A stretch of 64,000 nucleotides of DNA from NCBI GenBank assembly GCA_963716255.1, contig OY970303.1, forward strand, positions 2,080,001 to 2,144,000. The letters run 5' to 3'. This DNA comes from an uncultured Gemmatimonadales bacterium (GTDB lineage: Bacteria > Gemmatimonadota > Gemmatimonadetes > Longimicrobiales > Longimicrobiaceae). Below are positions 19,522-29,451 of this stretch, in pieces. The notes under the pieces were generated by a model. The model was not told the origin of the DNA. It saw only the letters and a program-made list of their open reading frames with translations, and searched no databases. Position 1 is the stretch's first letter. Each line of letters starts with the position of its first letter. A program made the translations under genes and the position numbers.

Positions 19522-19944
19522 CTACAGGCGCACCGCGTCGGTCTCGCCCACCGCGGCCAGCAGCAGCGCGTCCGCGTCCGCGCGGCCGGAGATCAGCCGC
19601 TCCACGTCCCCGGCGGGATAGGAGGCCTCCACCACCTCGTCCACCCGCACCCGGTGGGCGCCCCCCGTATCCATGGCCACCGCGTCGGCGCGCCCGCCGG
19701 TGGGCCGCACCCCGCCCGGGAGCGTCGCGAAGGCGATGGCCGCGGCCGCGGCCGCCGGCACGAGCGCCGCGGCCCACCTCCCCGCGGCGCGCCTGCGGGC
19801 CACAGCGCGGCGATGCGCCAGCGGGAGCTCGGCGCGCGCCGCCACCGACGCCCGCAGGCGGTTCCAGTCCACTCCGTCCGCCGGGGGCGGATCGACCTCC
19901 CGCAGCGCGTCGGCGAGGCGGGGGTCGCGTGAAAGCTCGTCCAT
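19522..19944 (-). CDS. Putative membrane-anchored anti-sigma factor
   Basis: Single TM segment after a basic stretch; immediately downstream of an ECF sigma. Confidence 0.55.
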   Translation of the reverse strand: MDELSRDPRLADALREVDPPPADGVDWNRLRASVAARAELPLAHRRAVARRRAAGRWAAALVPAAAAAAIAFATLPGGVRPTGGRADAVAMDTGGAHRVRVDEVVEASYPAGDVERLISGRADADALLLAAVGETDAVRL

Positions 19945-19946
19945 GC

Positions 19947-20537
19947 TCAGCACTCCTTGGCTTCGAAGGGCGCCAGCGCCTGCCGCAGCGCCCTGCGCGC
20001 CTCGTGCAGGTGCCAGCGCACCGTTCCTTCGGAGATCTCAAGGATCCCCGCGATCTCCGGGCTGGTGAACCCCTCCAGCTCGAACAGCTGTACCACCGTG
20101 CGCTGCCGCTGCGGGAGCCCGTCCAGCGCGGCGCGCAGCCCGTCTCGGAGTTCCGTCCGCTCCGCCTCGCGCTCCGGCGACGCTCCCCCGGCGGCCGCGG
20201 AGTCGGGGATCTCCTCCGTGGTCCGCAGAGAGCGCGCCTTGCGCGCGTTCAGCCCGCGGTTCACCAGGATGCGGAAGAACCACGGGGCGAAGCCGCGCCC
20301 CGGCTGGAAGGTGTCGATCCGCTCCAGCGCCGCGAGGAACGCCTCCTGGACCAGGTCCTCGGCGTCCTCGCGGTGCCCCATCAGCCGGTACGCAACCCCG
20401 AAGGCGCGGCGCATGTGCCGCTCCACCAGCTCGTCGAAGGCGCGGGCGTCGCCGCGGCGGACACGCTCCACCAGCGCCGAGTCCGCCGCGTCCTCCGGGG
20501 CGAGCGCCCGGGGAGGCGCGGGAAGGGTGTCGCTCAT
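19947..20537 (-). CDS. ECF RNA polymerase sigma factor
   Basis: DAEDLVQEAF (region 2) and EIAGILEISEGTVRWHL (region 4). Confidence 0.92.
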   Translation of the reverse strand: MSDTLPAPPRALAPEDAADSALVERVRRGDARAFDELVERHMRRAFGVAYRLMGHREDAEDLVQEAFLAALERIDTFQPGRGFAPWFFRILVNRGLNARKARSLRTTEEIPDSAAAGGASPEREAERTELRDGLRAALDGLPQRQRTVVQLFELEGFTSPEIAGILEISEGTVRWHLHEARRALRQALAPFEAKEC

Positions 20538-20556
20538 GCGCCGCGGCGGCGCCCGC

Positions 20557-21111
20557 TCAGGAATCGCCGCGCGGGCGCGCGGGCGCCCCGCCCCGCCGCT
20601 CGCGCACGCGCTCCCGGGCCTCGGTCCGGCGCTCGCGCACCAGGGCGCGGGCGCGGCGCTTCTGCTCGGGGGTGAGCACCCGCTGCGCCTCCTCCATCGC
20701 CCGGCGGGTGTTGGCCCGCATCCGCTCCACCACGGGCCGCATCTGCGGCGGCAGCCCCTCGCCGCGCGCGCGCTCCTCGCGCAGGCGGCGCAGGGTGTCG
20801 CGGCGCTGCTCCGGCGACAGGCGCCCGACCTGGGCGCGGCGCCGCTCCACGAACTCTTCGCGCTGGCGGCGCAGCTGCTGCCGCAGCGGCCGGTTGCGCT
20901 CCTCCAGCGCCCGGCCCACGGCTTCCAGCCGCGCCACCTGGGCGCGGCTCAGGCGCAGCTCCCCGCGGTGGCGGAGCAGGGCCGCGAAGGGTACTTCCCC
21001 CTCCCGCTCCTCCGCCTGGACCCAGGGGGACGGCGCTCCGTCCTGCGCGCGGACGGGAGCGGGGACGGCGGCCGTCAGCGCGGCGAGGAGGGCGAGGTAA
21101 GGCTTCCACAT
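20557..21111 (-). CDS. Spy/CpxP-like periplasmic helical protein
   Basis: Start MWKPYL with signal peptide. LSRAQ and LTPEQ (LTxxQ-type) motifs. Confidence 0.7.
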   Translation of the reverse strand: MWKPYLALLAALTAAVPAPVRAQDGAPSPWVQAEEREGEVPFAALLRHRGELRLSRAQVARLEAVGRALEERNRPLRQQLRRQREEFVERRRAQVGRLSPEQRRDTLRRLREERARGEGLPPQMRPVVERMRANTRRAMEEAQRVLTPEQKRRARALVRERRTEARERVRERRGGAPARPRGDS

Positions 21112-21315
21112 GGCCTGGTGTCCCGGAGTCTGAAACGCGCGGGCCCGCGGCACCGTAGTCGACGGGGGCCCCCGGTGTGCTTTACCGCCGAGCCGCCCCG
21201 AGCGTTGGGTGGCGCGCGCGCACACAGATTTTTCTTGCTCCCCCGCGGCCCGCGCGTATCTTGGACCCGCGAGGTGAGCACCGTTCACTTCATACCCCAG
21301 AGAGCGGAGGACGGC

Positions 21316-21864
21316 ATGGCGGACGTAACGCACGGGTCGCTGGTGCAGCGGATGATGGGCGCGGCGATGCTCAACGCCGCCACGTACGAGGAGGTGGAGG
21401 CGGACCGCACGGCGACCGGCCAGGCCGCCATGGTGGTGGGGATCGTGGCGGTGGCCACGGCCATCGGGGCGATCGGCGACGGGGCCAGCGGGATCATCGC
21501 GGGGCTGCTCTCGGCCTTCCTGGGATGGATCGTCTGGTCGGCCATCACCTACTTCGTCGGCACCAAGCTCTTCGGTGGGACCGCGGACATGGGCGAGATG
21601 CTGCGCACCATCGGGTTCGCGCAGTCGCCCGGCGTCCTCAACATCCTGGGCATCATCCCCATCCTGGGCGGGCTGGTGCGCTTCGCGGTGCTCATCTGGA
21701 TCCTGGTCGCGGCGGTCGTCGCCATCCGGCAGGCGCTGGACTTCGACACCGGCAAGGCCGTGGGGACCGCGCTGGTGGGGGCGGTGGCGTACTTCGCCAT
21801 CATGATGGTGGTCGGGCTCGTGTTCGGCGGCATGGCCATGCTGGGCGGCGCCCTGGCGGGCTGA
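21316..21864 (+). CDS. YIP1-family membrane protein
   Basis: GGAGG RBS; YEEVEAD, LRTIGFAQSP; about 5 TM segments. Confidence 0.75.
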   Translation: MADVTHGSLVQRMMGAAMLNAATYEEVEADRTATGQAAMVVGIVAVATAIGAIGDGASGIIAGLLSAFLGWIVWSAITYFVGTKLFGGTADMGEMLRTIGFAQSPGVLNILGIIPILGGLVRFAVLIWILVAAVVAIRQALDFDTGKAVGTALVGAVAYFAIMMVVGLVFGGMAMLGGALAG

Positions 21865-21872
21865 CGGACCCG

Positions 21873-21898
21873 GGGGGCGCCGCGCAAGCGGCGCCCCC
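21873..21898 (+). terminator. GC-rich hairpin with GCAA tetraloop after the YIP1 gene
   Basis: GGGGGCGCCGC-GCAA-GCGGCGCCCCC; weak U-tract. Confidence 0.45.
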
Positions 21899-21996
21899 TC
21901 TCGCGGCACCCCTCCCTGCATCTCCCTTCCCTTCCATATCTTTAGCTCTCTGGCCACGCCTGCGCGTCCGCTCCCGGACGGGTGCGGCGGCGGCCG

Positions 21997-22024
21997 GGCA
22001 ACCCTTCCGCCAGGTCCGGCGTCT
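21997..22024 (+). promoter_or_regulatory. Possible ECF-type autoregulatory promoter
   Basis: GGCAACC...CGTCT with AAC-N17-CGTC spacing upstream of an ECF sigma. Confidence 0.35.
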
Positions 22025-22051
22025 CACTTCACAGGACCCGCGAACGGACCA

Positions 22052-22606
22052 ATGAACGAGAGCCAGCTCATCCACAGTGCCAGGCAGGGCGACGGCGGCG
22101 CGATCCAGGCCCTCTACGGCCTGTACTCGCGGCGGGTGTACGCGGTCGTGCGCCGGCTGGCCGGCGAGGACGCCCTGGCGGAGGACTGGGCCCAGGAGAC
22201 CTGGATCCGCGCGGTCCGCGCGCTACCGGCCTTCCGCGGCGACTCCCGCTTCTCCACCTGGCTGCACCGGATCGCGGTGAACACCGCGCTGCACGCCCGC
22301 CGCTCGCGGGAGCGCAAGGCCGGGCGGGAGGAGCCCCTGCACGACGAGTTCATCACCCGGCCGGAGGGCGGGGACGCGCTGCTCCGGCTGCGGCTGGAGC
22401 GGGCCATCGCGAAGCTCCCGGAGGGAATGCGCAGGGTCCTGGTCCTCCACGACGTGGAGGGGTACACGCACGAAGAGATCGGGGAGATGCTGGGGGTCGC
22501 CGCGGGGACGTGCAAGAGCCAGCTGTTCAAGGCCCGCGCACGCATGCGGCAGATGCTGGCCACGGCGTACGAACCGGAGGAAGGAGTGGAGACATGCAGC
22601 ACCTGA
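22052..22606 (+). CDS. ECF RNA polymerase sigma factor
   Basis: AEDWAQETW, FSTWLHRIAVN and HEEIGEMLGVAAGTCKSQL. Confidence 0.92.
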   Translation: MNESQLIHSARQGDGGAIQALYGLYSRRVYAVVRRLAGEDALAEDWAQETWIRAVRALPAFRGDSRFSTWLHRIAVNTALHARRSRERKAGREEPLHDEFITRPEGGDALLRLRLERAIAKLPEGMRRVLVLHDVEGYTHEEIGEMLGVAAGTCKSQLFKARARMRQMLATAYEPEEGVETCST

Positions 22607-23406
22607 CGCTCGAAACGGTCGCGCGCCTCGTGGACGAGCCCCCGGAGCCCGAGGAGTCGCTGCACCTGAGGGAATGCCTGGCCTGCCGGCGCGAGCTGGT
22701 GGAGATGCGGGCGCAGACGCAGGAACTGGCGCGCCTGGCCGACCCGGAGCCCTCGCCCTTCGCCTGGGCGGCGCTGGAAGCCCGGCTGACGGAGGAAGGG
22801 CTGGTCCGCGGCCGCGCGTCCGCTCCGCGGGAGCACGCCTGGCTGCGCGCCGCGGCCGCGGTGGCGCTGCTGGTGATGGGCGGCGCGGGGGGGATGGCCG
22901 TGTGGAGCCGCGGCGGCGGGACCGGACCCGCGGCCGGGCCCGACCTGCTCGCGCCCCAGGTGGCGGTGGCGCCCGCCCCGGAGCGGGAGCCCGCCGACCC
23001 GGCCGCGGCCGGGCCCGGCGCGGCGCCCCCCGCCGCCGGGGCGGTGCGGACCGTCGCCAACACGCCCGCCACGCTGGCCGCGGCGGGCGGCGGGGCGGCC
23101 CGGCGGGTGGCCGTGGCGGACGACTCCCCGCGCGCCGAGCAGCGGCGGGAGGCCACGGCCGCGCTGGAAAGCGCCGAGCGCGACTACCTGCAGGCGCTGG
23201 CCGGGTACGCGGAGTCCGCCAGCGCGGAGGACGCCGACCCGGTGACCCGCCTGGCCACGCTGGAAGGAATGGTGCGCGCCACCCGCCACGCCCTGGAGCG
23301 CGCGCCGGAGGACCCCGTGATCAACGGCTACCACCTGGCCGCCATGGGTCAGCGGGACGCCATGCTCCGGCAGATCGCGCGGAGCTCGGAGGAAACCTGG
23401 TACTGA
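22594..23406 (+). CDS. Zinc-binding (ZAS) anti-sigma factor
   Basis: HLRECLAC (HxxxCxxC) plus a TM segment; overlaps the sigma gene. Confidence 0.8.
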   Translation: MQHLTLETVARLVDEPPEPEESLHLRECLACRRELVEMRAQTQELARLADPEPSPFAWAALEARLTEEGLVRGRASAPREHAWLRAAAAVALLVMGGAGGMAVWSRGGGTGPAAGPDLLAPQVAVAPAPEREPADPAAAGPGAAPPAAGAVRTVANTPATLAAAGGGAARRVAVADDSPRAEQRREATAALESAERDYLQALAGYAESASAEDADPVTRLATLEGMVRATRHALERAPEDPVINGYHLAAMGQRDAMLRQIARSSEETWY

Positions 23407-23426
23407 CCGATCTGGAGAAAGTCGAC

Positions 23427-24401
23427 ATGATGCGACGAAACGCTTTCATCGCCCTCTGCGCGGCCCTGGCCCTGCTGGGGACGCTCCCCGCGGCGGCGCA
23501 GGACCGCCGCGAGACCGACCCGGTCCGGCGGCCCACGGTGCTCCGGGAGACCGAGCCCCGGGGCTGGCTGGGGATCGCGCTGGACTGGTCGGGCGGCGAG
23601 GGCCGCCCGGTGACGGTGCAGGCGGTGGCCCCCGAGTCCCCCGCGGCGCGCGCCGGGGTGGCGCGCGGCGACACCGTGCTGCGAATGGACGGCGAGGCGG
23701 CCACCGCGGATGCGGTACGCAGGCTGAACCCCGCGCCCGGCGACACCGTGCGGTTCCGCCTGCGGCGGGACGGCCGGGAGCGCGAGGTGCGCGTGGTGGC
23801 CGGCGAGCGCGAGCAGGACGTGATCGTCTTCCGCCGCGGCGACCGGGTGACGATGATCCACCCCGACTCGGTGCGCGAGCGCATGGCGATCCGGCTGGAC
23901 ACCGTCGGGGCCCACCTGGACAGCCTCTTCGTGCGCATGGACAGCCTGCGGGTGGGCACGCAGGCGCGGCGGCTCTTCCGCACCCTCCCCATGCGGCTGG
24001 ACAGCCTGGTGGAGCGGGAGGTCTTCCGGACGACCGAGCCCTTCAGCATCGAGGTGGGCTCCAGGGCGCTGGCGGGCGCGGAGTTCACCCAGCTGAACGC
24101 GGGGCTGGGGCGCTACTTCCAGACGGAGAAGGGGATGCTGGTGCTGCGGGTCGCCCCGGGGAGCCCGGCGGCGCGGGCGGGGCTGGAGTCCGGCGACGTG
24201 GTGGTGCGCGCCAACGGGCGCGACGTGGAAACCCTCCGCGACCTGCGGCAGGCGGTGGGGGCGGCCGAGGACCCCACCGCGAAGCTGGAGGTGATCCGGC
24301 AGGGACGCCGGCGGGAGATGACCATGCGCTGGGAGCGCGGCGCCGAGCCGGAGGTGCGGATCTTCCGCGACGGCAGGCGGATCCCCGCGACGGCGCACTG
24401 A
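23427..24401 (+). CDS. Secreted tandem PDZ-domain protein
   Basis: Signal peptide, GWLGI, two SPAARAG..GD motifs. Confidence 0.85.
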   Translation: MMRRNAFIALCAALALLGTLPAAAQDRRETDPVRRPTVLRETEPRGWLGIALDWSGGEGRPVTVQAVAPESPAARAGVARGDTVLRMDGEAATADAVRRLNPAPGDTVRFRLRRDGREREVRVVAGEREQDVIVFRRGDRVTMIHPDSVRERMAIRLDTVGAHLDSLFVRMDSLRVGTQARRLFRTLPMRLDSLVEREVFRTTEPFSIEVGSRALAGAEFTQLNAGLGRYFQTEKGMLVLRVAPGSPAARAGLESGDVVVRANGRDVETLRDLRQAVGAAEDPTAKLEVIRQGRRREMTMRWERGAEPEVRIFRDGRRIPATAH

Positions 24402-24548
24402 GGGGCGCGGGCCCGGCCGGAAGGCCGGGTCAGCGCGGTTTTCCGGGGGTCCGGGGAGGCGGGCGGCGCGGTTGCGCGCGGCCCGCCTCTCGCGTATCGT
24501 CCCCCGTCCGGCAGCCCTCGGCCCCATCCACCCTCCGCGCCGCACCCG

Positions 24549-25676
24549 ATGCTGAAGCGCCTGTTCTCCGGCGGCAACGCCCTCAACCTGCTGCTCGTCT
24601 TCGTCCCCGTCGCCATGCTGATGGAGTGGGTCTTCCACTCCCCCCCCATGTGGATCTTCGTGATCGCCTGCCTGGGAATCATCCCGCTCGCCGGGCTCAT
24701 GGGGCACGCCACGGAGGACATCTCGGAGCGGGTGGGCGAGGGGCTGGGAGGCCTGCTCAACGCCACCTTCGGCAACGCCGCGGAGCTGATCATCGCCATC
24801 GTGGCGCTGCGTGCCGGGCTGTACGACCTGGTGAAGGCGTCCATCACCGGCTCCATCATCGGCAACGTGCTGCTGGTGTTCGGGCTGAGCGCCATGGTGG
24901 GGGGGTTCCGCTTCCAGACGCAGCGCTTCAACCGCACCGCGGCCGGGCTGGGCTCCACGCTGCTGGTGCTGAGCGCGGTGGGGCTGGTGGTGCCCGCCAT
25001 CTTCCACCACCTGGTGGGCGCCACCGCGCCGGAGGCCGAGCGCAACCTGAGCCTGGAGATCTCCATCGTCCTGATGGCGACCTACGTGGCCAGCCTGGTG
25101 TTCACGCTCCGCACCCACAAGCACCTGTACATGGGCGACGCCGCCACCGAGGAGGACGGGAGCGCGGCGGCCGCGCACGGCGCCGGCGGGGAGCACGGGC
25201 CGCGCAAGTCCATGGGCCGGGCGGTGGGGCTGCTGCTGGCGGCGACGGTGGGCGTGGCGGTCATGGCGGAGTTCCTGGTGGCGGCCGCGTCGGAGACGGC
25301 GGAGCAGCTGGGGTGGAGCGAGGTGTTCGTGGGCGTGATCGTGGTCGCCATCATCGGCAACGCGGCGGAGCACTCCACGGCTATCATCATGGCCGCCAAG
25401 AACAAGATGGACGCCGCCATCAACATCGCGGTGGGCTCGTCCATCCAGGTGGCGCTGTTCGTGGCGCCGCTGCTGGTGTTCCTGAGCTACGCCATCGGCG
25501 GGCGCGGGCCCATGGACCTGATCTTCACCCCGCTGGAGGTGCTGGCCGTGGCCACGTGCGTGGGGATCATGGCCTTTTCCGCAAACGACGGGGAGACGCA
25601 CTGGATGGAGGGGGTGCAGCTGCTGGCCGTGTACGTGATCCTGGGGATCGCGTTCTTTTTCCTGCCGGTGCACTGA
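24549..25676 (+). CDS. cax: Ca2+/H+ antiporter (CaCA, CAX-type)
   Basis: Alpha repeats [10 protein letters not shown] and IIGNAAEH. Confidence 0.92.
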   Translation: MLKRLFSGGNALNLLLVFVPVAMLMEWVFHSPPMWIFVIACLGIIPLAGLMGHATEDISERVGEGLGGLLNATFGNAAELIIAIVALRAGLYDLVKASITGSIIGNVLLVFGLSAMVGGFRFQTQRFNRTAAGLGSTLLVLSAVGLVVPAIFHHLVGATAPEAERNLSLEISIVLMATYVASLVFTLRTHKHLYMGDAATEEDGSAAAAHGAGGEHGPRKSMGRAVGLLLAATVGVAVMAEFLVAAASETAEQLGWSEVFVGVIVVAIIGNAAEHSTAIIMAAKNKMDAAINIAVGSSIQVALFVAPLLVFLSYAIGGRGPMDLIFTPLEVLAVATCVGIMAFSANDGETHWMEGVQLLAVYVILGIAFFFLPVH

Positions 25677-25708
25677 GGGGAACGGCAGGGCCTGGAACGG
25701 CAGGGTCC

Positions 25709-25839
25709 GGGCGTGCCCCCCGCGGGGCGCGGGGGTCGGGCTTCGGCTCCGTAGGGCTGCAGACAACGCAGCCCAACGGAGTCGAGCCCCAACGATACGA
25801 CCGTTGGGTCTCGCCCCTTCGGGCCGGAATCCCTCACGC
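25709..25839 (-). repeat. Structured dispersed element family 1, copy C
   Basis: Reverse-complement copy. Stems CCAACG/CGTTGG and GGGCTGC/GCAGCCC; last stem also varied while keeping pairing. Confidence 0.95.
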
Positions 25840-25851
25840 GGCTCCGATGTG

Positions 25852-25893
25852 AGCAGAGAGCCCCGTCCGGCGCGCCGGACGGGGCTCTCTGCT
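25852..25893. terminator. Perfect 42-bp palindrome, likely terminator
   Basis: AGCAGAGAGCCCCGTCCGGCG|CGCCGGACGGGGCTCTCTGCT between convergent genes. Confidence 0.65.
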
Positions 25894-25906
25894 TTCGCGC
25901 GGCGGT

Positions 25907-26173
25907 TCAGCGCGGGTTGGACCCGCCACCCATGGGCATGATCGGCGCGGACTCCTCCAGCGTGCTGCGGCGCGAGTCGGCGATGCGCCACACCAGCGCG
26001 GCCACGATCACGAGCGCGATGACGATGCCGGCGATCAGGGCGACGCGGCGGGCGGCGGGCGGCCTCCACACCTCCGGGCTCTGCGTGTGGTGGCGCTGGG
26101 CGCCGCACAGGGGGCACGAAGCCTGGGACGGCTCGATCTCCGAGCCGCAGTTCTGGCACACGATCGGGGGCAT
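25907..26173 (-). CDS. Small zinc-ribbon membrane protein
   Basis: CQNCG...CPLCG followed by one TM helix. Confidence 0.7.
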   Translation of the reverse strand: MPPIVCQNCGSEIEPSQASCPLCGAQRHHTQSPEVWRPPAARRVALIAGIVIALVIVAALVWRIADSRRSTLEESAPIMPMGGGSNPR

Positions 26174-26379
26174 GGCTCCACGCGCTGGGGTCCCGCGGTC
26201 CGCTCTCCCCGGGGGCCCGGGGAGGCGGGGAGCCATGCATTTTCGGAGCCGCGGTCAGGCCCGGGGAAGCACGAACACGATCCTGCGCCGCGCCGAGGCC
26301 ATCCCCACGAACCGGCCGTGCGCGCCCGTGATCCTCCCGGAGGCGTTCTTCTCGCGCACGGAGGCGCCGCCGGACGGGA

Positions 26380-27174
26380 TCAGGGACGGACGGTGAAGAC
26401 CACTTCGGAGCCGGAGCTGTCTGAGGCGGGCGCGAGGAGCCGGATCCCCTCGCCGTCCTTGCGGAAGTACGGGCGCCCGTCCACCTCCACCACGGCGCTG
26501 CGGGCCCCGCGCGGGATGGCCACCTCCACCTCGCCGGCCCCGGCGCCCGACACCTCCACGCGCCCCGGCCCGGTTCGGAACCGTGCGCCGGAGGCGAGGC
26601 CGCTGGCGCGCACGTCGGAGTAGGTGTCGTCGGACAGGCGCACGCGGATGCGCAGCTCGGGCGAGGGCGCGGTGAGCACCACCCGCACGCGCCCCAGCTC
26701 CGGGAGCACGGATACGCCTGCCGCGGACGCGGCGTGGCCGCCGACGGGGGCGGCGCCCGGCGCGCCGCCCGGGACCCCGGCGGCCGGGGAGCCCCGGCCG
26801 GGGGCGGCGGAGGGCGCGACGCGGTGCACCAGGCCGGCGATCCAGCCGCGCACCGGCGAGCCGCGCACCGTGGCGGAGGCCACGGTCGCCACGCCCAGCA
26901 CCAGCACGGCGGCGCGCCGCACCACCTGCCCGGCGTCCACGCCCACCCACCGCCGCCGGCGCCGCGAGGCCGCGGCGAGGGCCCGCCCGGTGGGGGCGGG
27001 GCGGTCCACGCGCGCCAGCGCGCTGGTGAGCGCGGCCGCGGCGGTGCGCAGCCCCTCGGCCTCGCCGCGGCAGGAGGAGCACCCCCGCAGGTGCAGCTCC
27101 ACCTCCGCGCGGTCGGCCCGCGGCAGCTCGCCGTCGAGGAGCGCCTGGAGTGTCCCTTCGGCCGGGTGGCTCAT
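26380..27174 (-). CDS. zf-HC2 anti-sigma factor
   Basis: LLDGEL...HLRGCSSC, a TM segment, ATGA overlap with the sigma gene. Confidence 0.82.
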   Translation of the reverse strand: MSHPAEGTLQALLDGELPRADRAEVELHLRGCSSCRGEAEGLRTAAAALTSALARVDRPAPTGRALAAASRRRRRWVGVDAGQVVRRAAVLVLGVATVASATVRGSPVRGWIAGLVHRVAPSAAPGRGSPAAGVPGGAPGAAPVGGHAASAAGVSVLPELGRVRVVLTAPSPELRIRVRLSDDTYSDVRASGLASGARFRTGPGRVEVSGAGAGEVEVAIPRGARSAVVEVDGRPYFRKDGEGIRLLAPASDSSGSEVVFTVRP

Positions 27175-27656
27175 CCCTCGTCCTCCCCCGTCTGGTACGC
27201 CTGGGTGAACCTGCGCAGGGCGCGTGCGATCAGCGTCCCCACCGAGCCCGGCGCCACTCCGGCCGCCCGGGCGATCTCCGCGTACGAGAAGCCTTCCTCG
27301 CGCATCAGCAGCAGCTCGCGGTCGCGCGCCGCGAGGTGGTCCAGCGCATGGCGCACCGCGGCGATGCGCGCCTCCCGCTCCACCCCTTCGTCGGGCGCGG
27401 GAAAGGTGCCGGGGAGCACCGGCTCCGCCGCCAGGATCCTCGCCCGCCGCGCCTGCTTCCGCGCGCCGTCGCGCACCAGGTTGGTGGCCACGGTGAACAG
27501 CCACACCCGTACCCCGTCCCCGGACACCCGGCGCCCCAGGAGCCGCACGAACGACTCCTGCGCCAGGTCCTCGGCGACGTCCGCGTCCCCCGTCAGGCGG
27601 TGAAGGTACCGGAAGAGCGACGGGTACAGGGTGCGAAAGGTTTGCTCGAAGTCCAC
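27171..27656 (-). CDS. ECF RNA polymerase sigma factor (start approximate)
   Basis: AEDLAQESF, WLFTVATN and SYAEIARAAGVAPGSVGTLIARA. Confidence 0.88.
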   Translation of the reverse strand: MDFEQTFRTLYPSLFRYLHRLTGDADVAEDLAQESFVRLLGRRVSGDGVRVWLFTVATNLVRDGARKQARRARILAAEPVLPGTFPAPDEGVEREARIAAVRHALDHLAARDRELLLMREEGFSYAEIARAAGVAPGSVGTLIARALRRFTQAYQTGEDEG

Positions 27657-27759
27657 GGGCGGCGGGCGGAGGTCCGGATCGTTCGGCTGGAGGAGGAACG
27701 CGCGGGCGTCGGGGATTGTGACAGACGGAAGGGGACAGGGGACAGCCTGCGACGGCGGA

Positions 27760-27969
27760 CCCCCTCCCCCGACCCCTCCCCGCAAGGGGGAGGGGGGAAC
27801 GACGACGGCCGCCCTCACCCGGCTCGCTTGAGGCTCGCCACCCTCTCCCAATCCTGGGAGAGGGGGCTAACTGCTGGACTCCGTGCAGTCGTCCCCTCCC
27901 CCGCTTGCGGGGGAGGGGTGGCGCGCAGCGCCGGGGTGGGGGGCCCCAGCGGACGCCAGCGCGAGCCCC
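27760..27969. repeat. Cluster of three GC-rich REP-like palindromes
   Basis: CCCCTCCC..GGGGAGGGG hairpins. Unit 27811-27867 recurs inverted at 42276-42360; unit 27893-27969 recurs at 5187. Confidence 0.75.
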
Positions 27970-28100
27970 GCGTGAGGGATTTCGGCCCGAAGGGGCGAGA
28001 CCCGGCGGGCAGTTTCGCGGGGGCTCGACTCCGTTACGCACGGTTGTTTCGTGCGTTACGGAGCCGAAGCCCGACCCCGGCGCCAGCCGGGGACACGCCC
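27970..28100 (+). repeat. Structured dispersed element family 1, copy D
   Basis: Variable stem ACGCACG/CGTGCGT. Confidence 0.95.
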
Positions 28101-28144
28101 AAACCCGTCCGTTCGAAACAGCAGCTCAGAACCGCGATGTGAGA

Positions 28145-28972
28145 TCACGGAGTCGATCTCTGTACGTCCGCCTCCCCATCCAGGGGCCGCCAGATCAAGC
28201 CTTCCGCGACCCACTTTCCGCTATCGAGCTTCGCCGAACCTCTGAATTCTTTGCCATCCCAAGTGAAATCATGAATTCCTAGGTCGTGAGGGGAACTGCC
28301 CCGGTTGAATTTAAACCGGCCCACGTAGCGATTCCGGTCGATGATGCCGAAGCTCTCCCATGTGTTCGCCCGGACCGTCATTCTGGGGTGCTGAATCTCG
28401 ATCTCCAGCCGTTCATGCCTCTTCTCGCCGTCGGGGGTAGTCGAAAACACACGGTAGGGATGCAGACCATCCGGAACGGACGGTTTTTCTTCGGAAGGAT
28501 CACGATCGAACCGTTCAAAGTCTCTATCGGTGAAATCGGCAGAATGAGAGTGGGAGAGGCTCTCGTTCAGGATTTGAATGAGCGTTCGGAGCCCCTGTTT
28601 AGAGTCCAGATTGAATCCCGTGAGCAGTCCCAAGGGTGAAGGGAGTTCGCCCACGTTCACTCCCGCAATGCCCACCGGAACTACCTGAACGGCCCGATCG
28701 TACGCCAGGCCGGCCTCAAAGAAGATCCACTGTGAGCGAAGCGAATCTGGCGATAAAAATATGAACACGATTCCGGCGCGCTTGATTGCGGAAACGAGAT
28801 GCTCCATCCAATTTCGGCCGGCAGTGAGGCTGGAGCCATCGCAGGACAAAAAGAACTCGATGGTACCGCTGGTTCTCGCAGCAAGAAGATCCTTGAGGCG
28901 AACCAGCGCCTCAGCATCTCTTGAGCTGTGACTCATGAAGACCAGTGGCTTCACGTAATCCATATTTCGCAC
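28145..28972 (-). CDS. TIR-domain protein with an unrecognised C-terminal beta domain
   Basis: VFMSHSSRD, G.NW...L..AI, LSPDSLRSQWIFFEAG. Visibly lower GC than the flanks. Start may be 28963. Confidence 0.85.
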   Translation of the reverse strand: MRNMDYVKPLVFMSHSSRDAEALVRLKDLLAARTSGTIEFFLSCDGSSLTAGRNWMEHLVSAIKRAGIVFIFLSPDSLRSQWIFFEAGLAYDRAVQVVPVGIAGVNVGELPSPLGLLTGFNLDSKQGLRTLIQILNESLSHSHSADFTDRDFERFDRDPSEEKPSVPDGLHPYRVFSTTPDGEKRHERLEIEIQHPRMTVRANTWESFGIIDRNRYVGRFKFNRGSSPHDLGIHDFTWDGKEFRGSAKLDSGKWVAEGLIWRPLDGEADVQRSTP

Positions 28973-29035
28973 ATCGTGAGTTGATCGGTGGTTTGCCGGA
29001 GCGACCTGCTGTGATCGCTGCCGAAGGCGCAGGGG

Positions 29036-29438
29036 CTACGGCTCCTTGCCGGCGCGGCGGACCTGCCCGGCGAGCCAGTCCGACAGCCGCTCGTGCTCGG
29101 CCGTGGCGTCGGGCGCCTCCCCGTCGGCGAGCAGACGGAGCGCGCGGTCCCGAGTGAGCGCAGCCTTGGCGACGTGCCACACGGCGATTGCCTCCAGGCG
29201 GCGGTGGCGGGCGGCGGAGCGCTCCAGCCCGAGCTGGTCCTCCAGGTGGCCCAGGTAGGCGGCCACATGCACCTCGGACGCGTCGGCGGCGACCATCCCC
29301 ACCACGATCGCCGCGTACTCCCGCAGCGCGTCGTCCTCCACCCGCGCGTCGAAGCCGAAGAAGTGCCGGCGCCTTCGCGATCCTGCGCTCCGCGGGCTCG
29401 CCGCGGTCCACCCAGTTGCTCGCCCTGGCCGAGATCAT
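29036..29438 (-). CDS. Hypothetical protein, possibly frameshifted near 29368
   Basis: Coding-like frame 29036-29368 (RHFFGFDARVEDDALREYAA). The ATG at 29438 is in another frame; an alternative GTG start lies at 29341. Confidence 0.45.
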
Positions 29439-29451
29439 CGCTCCTCGCCTG

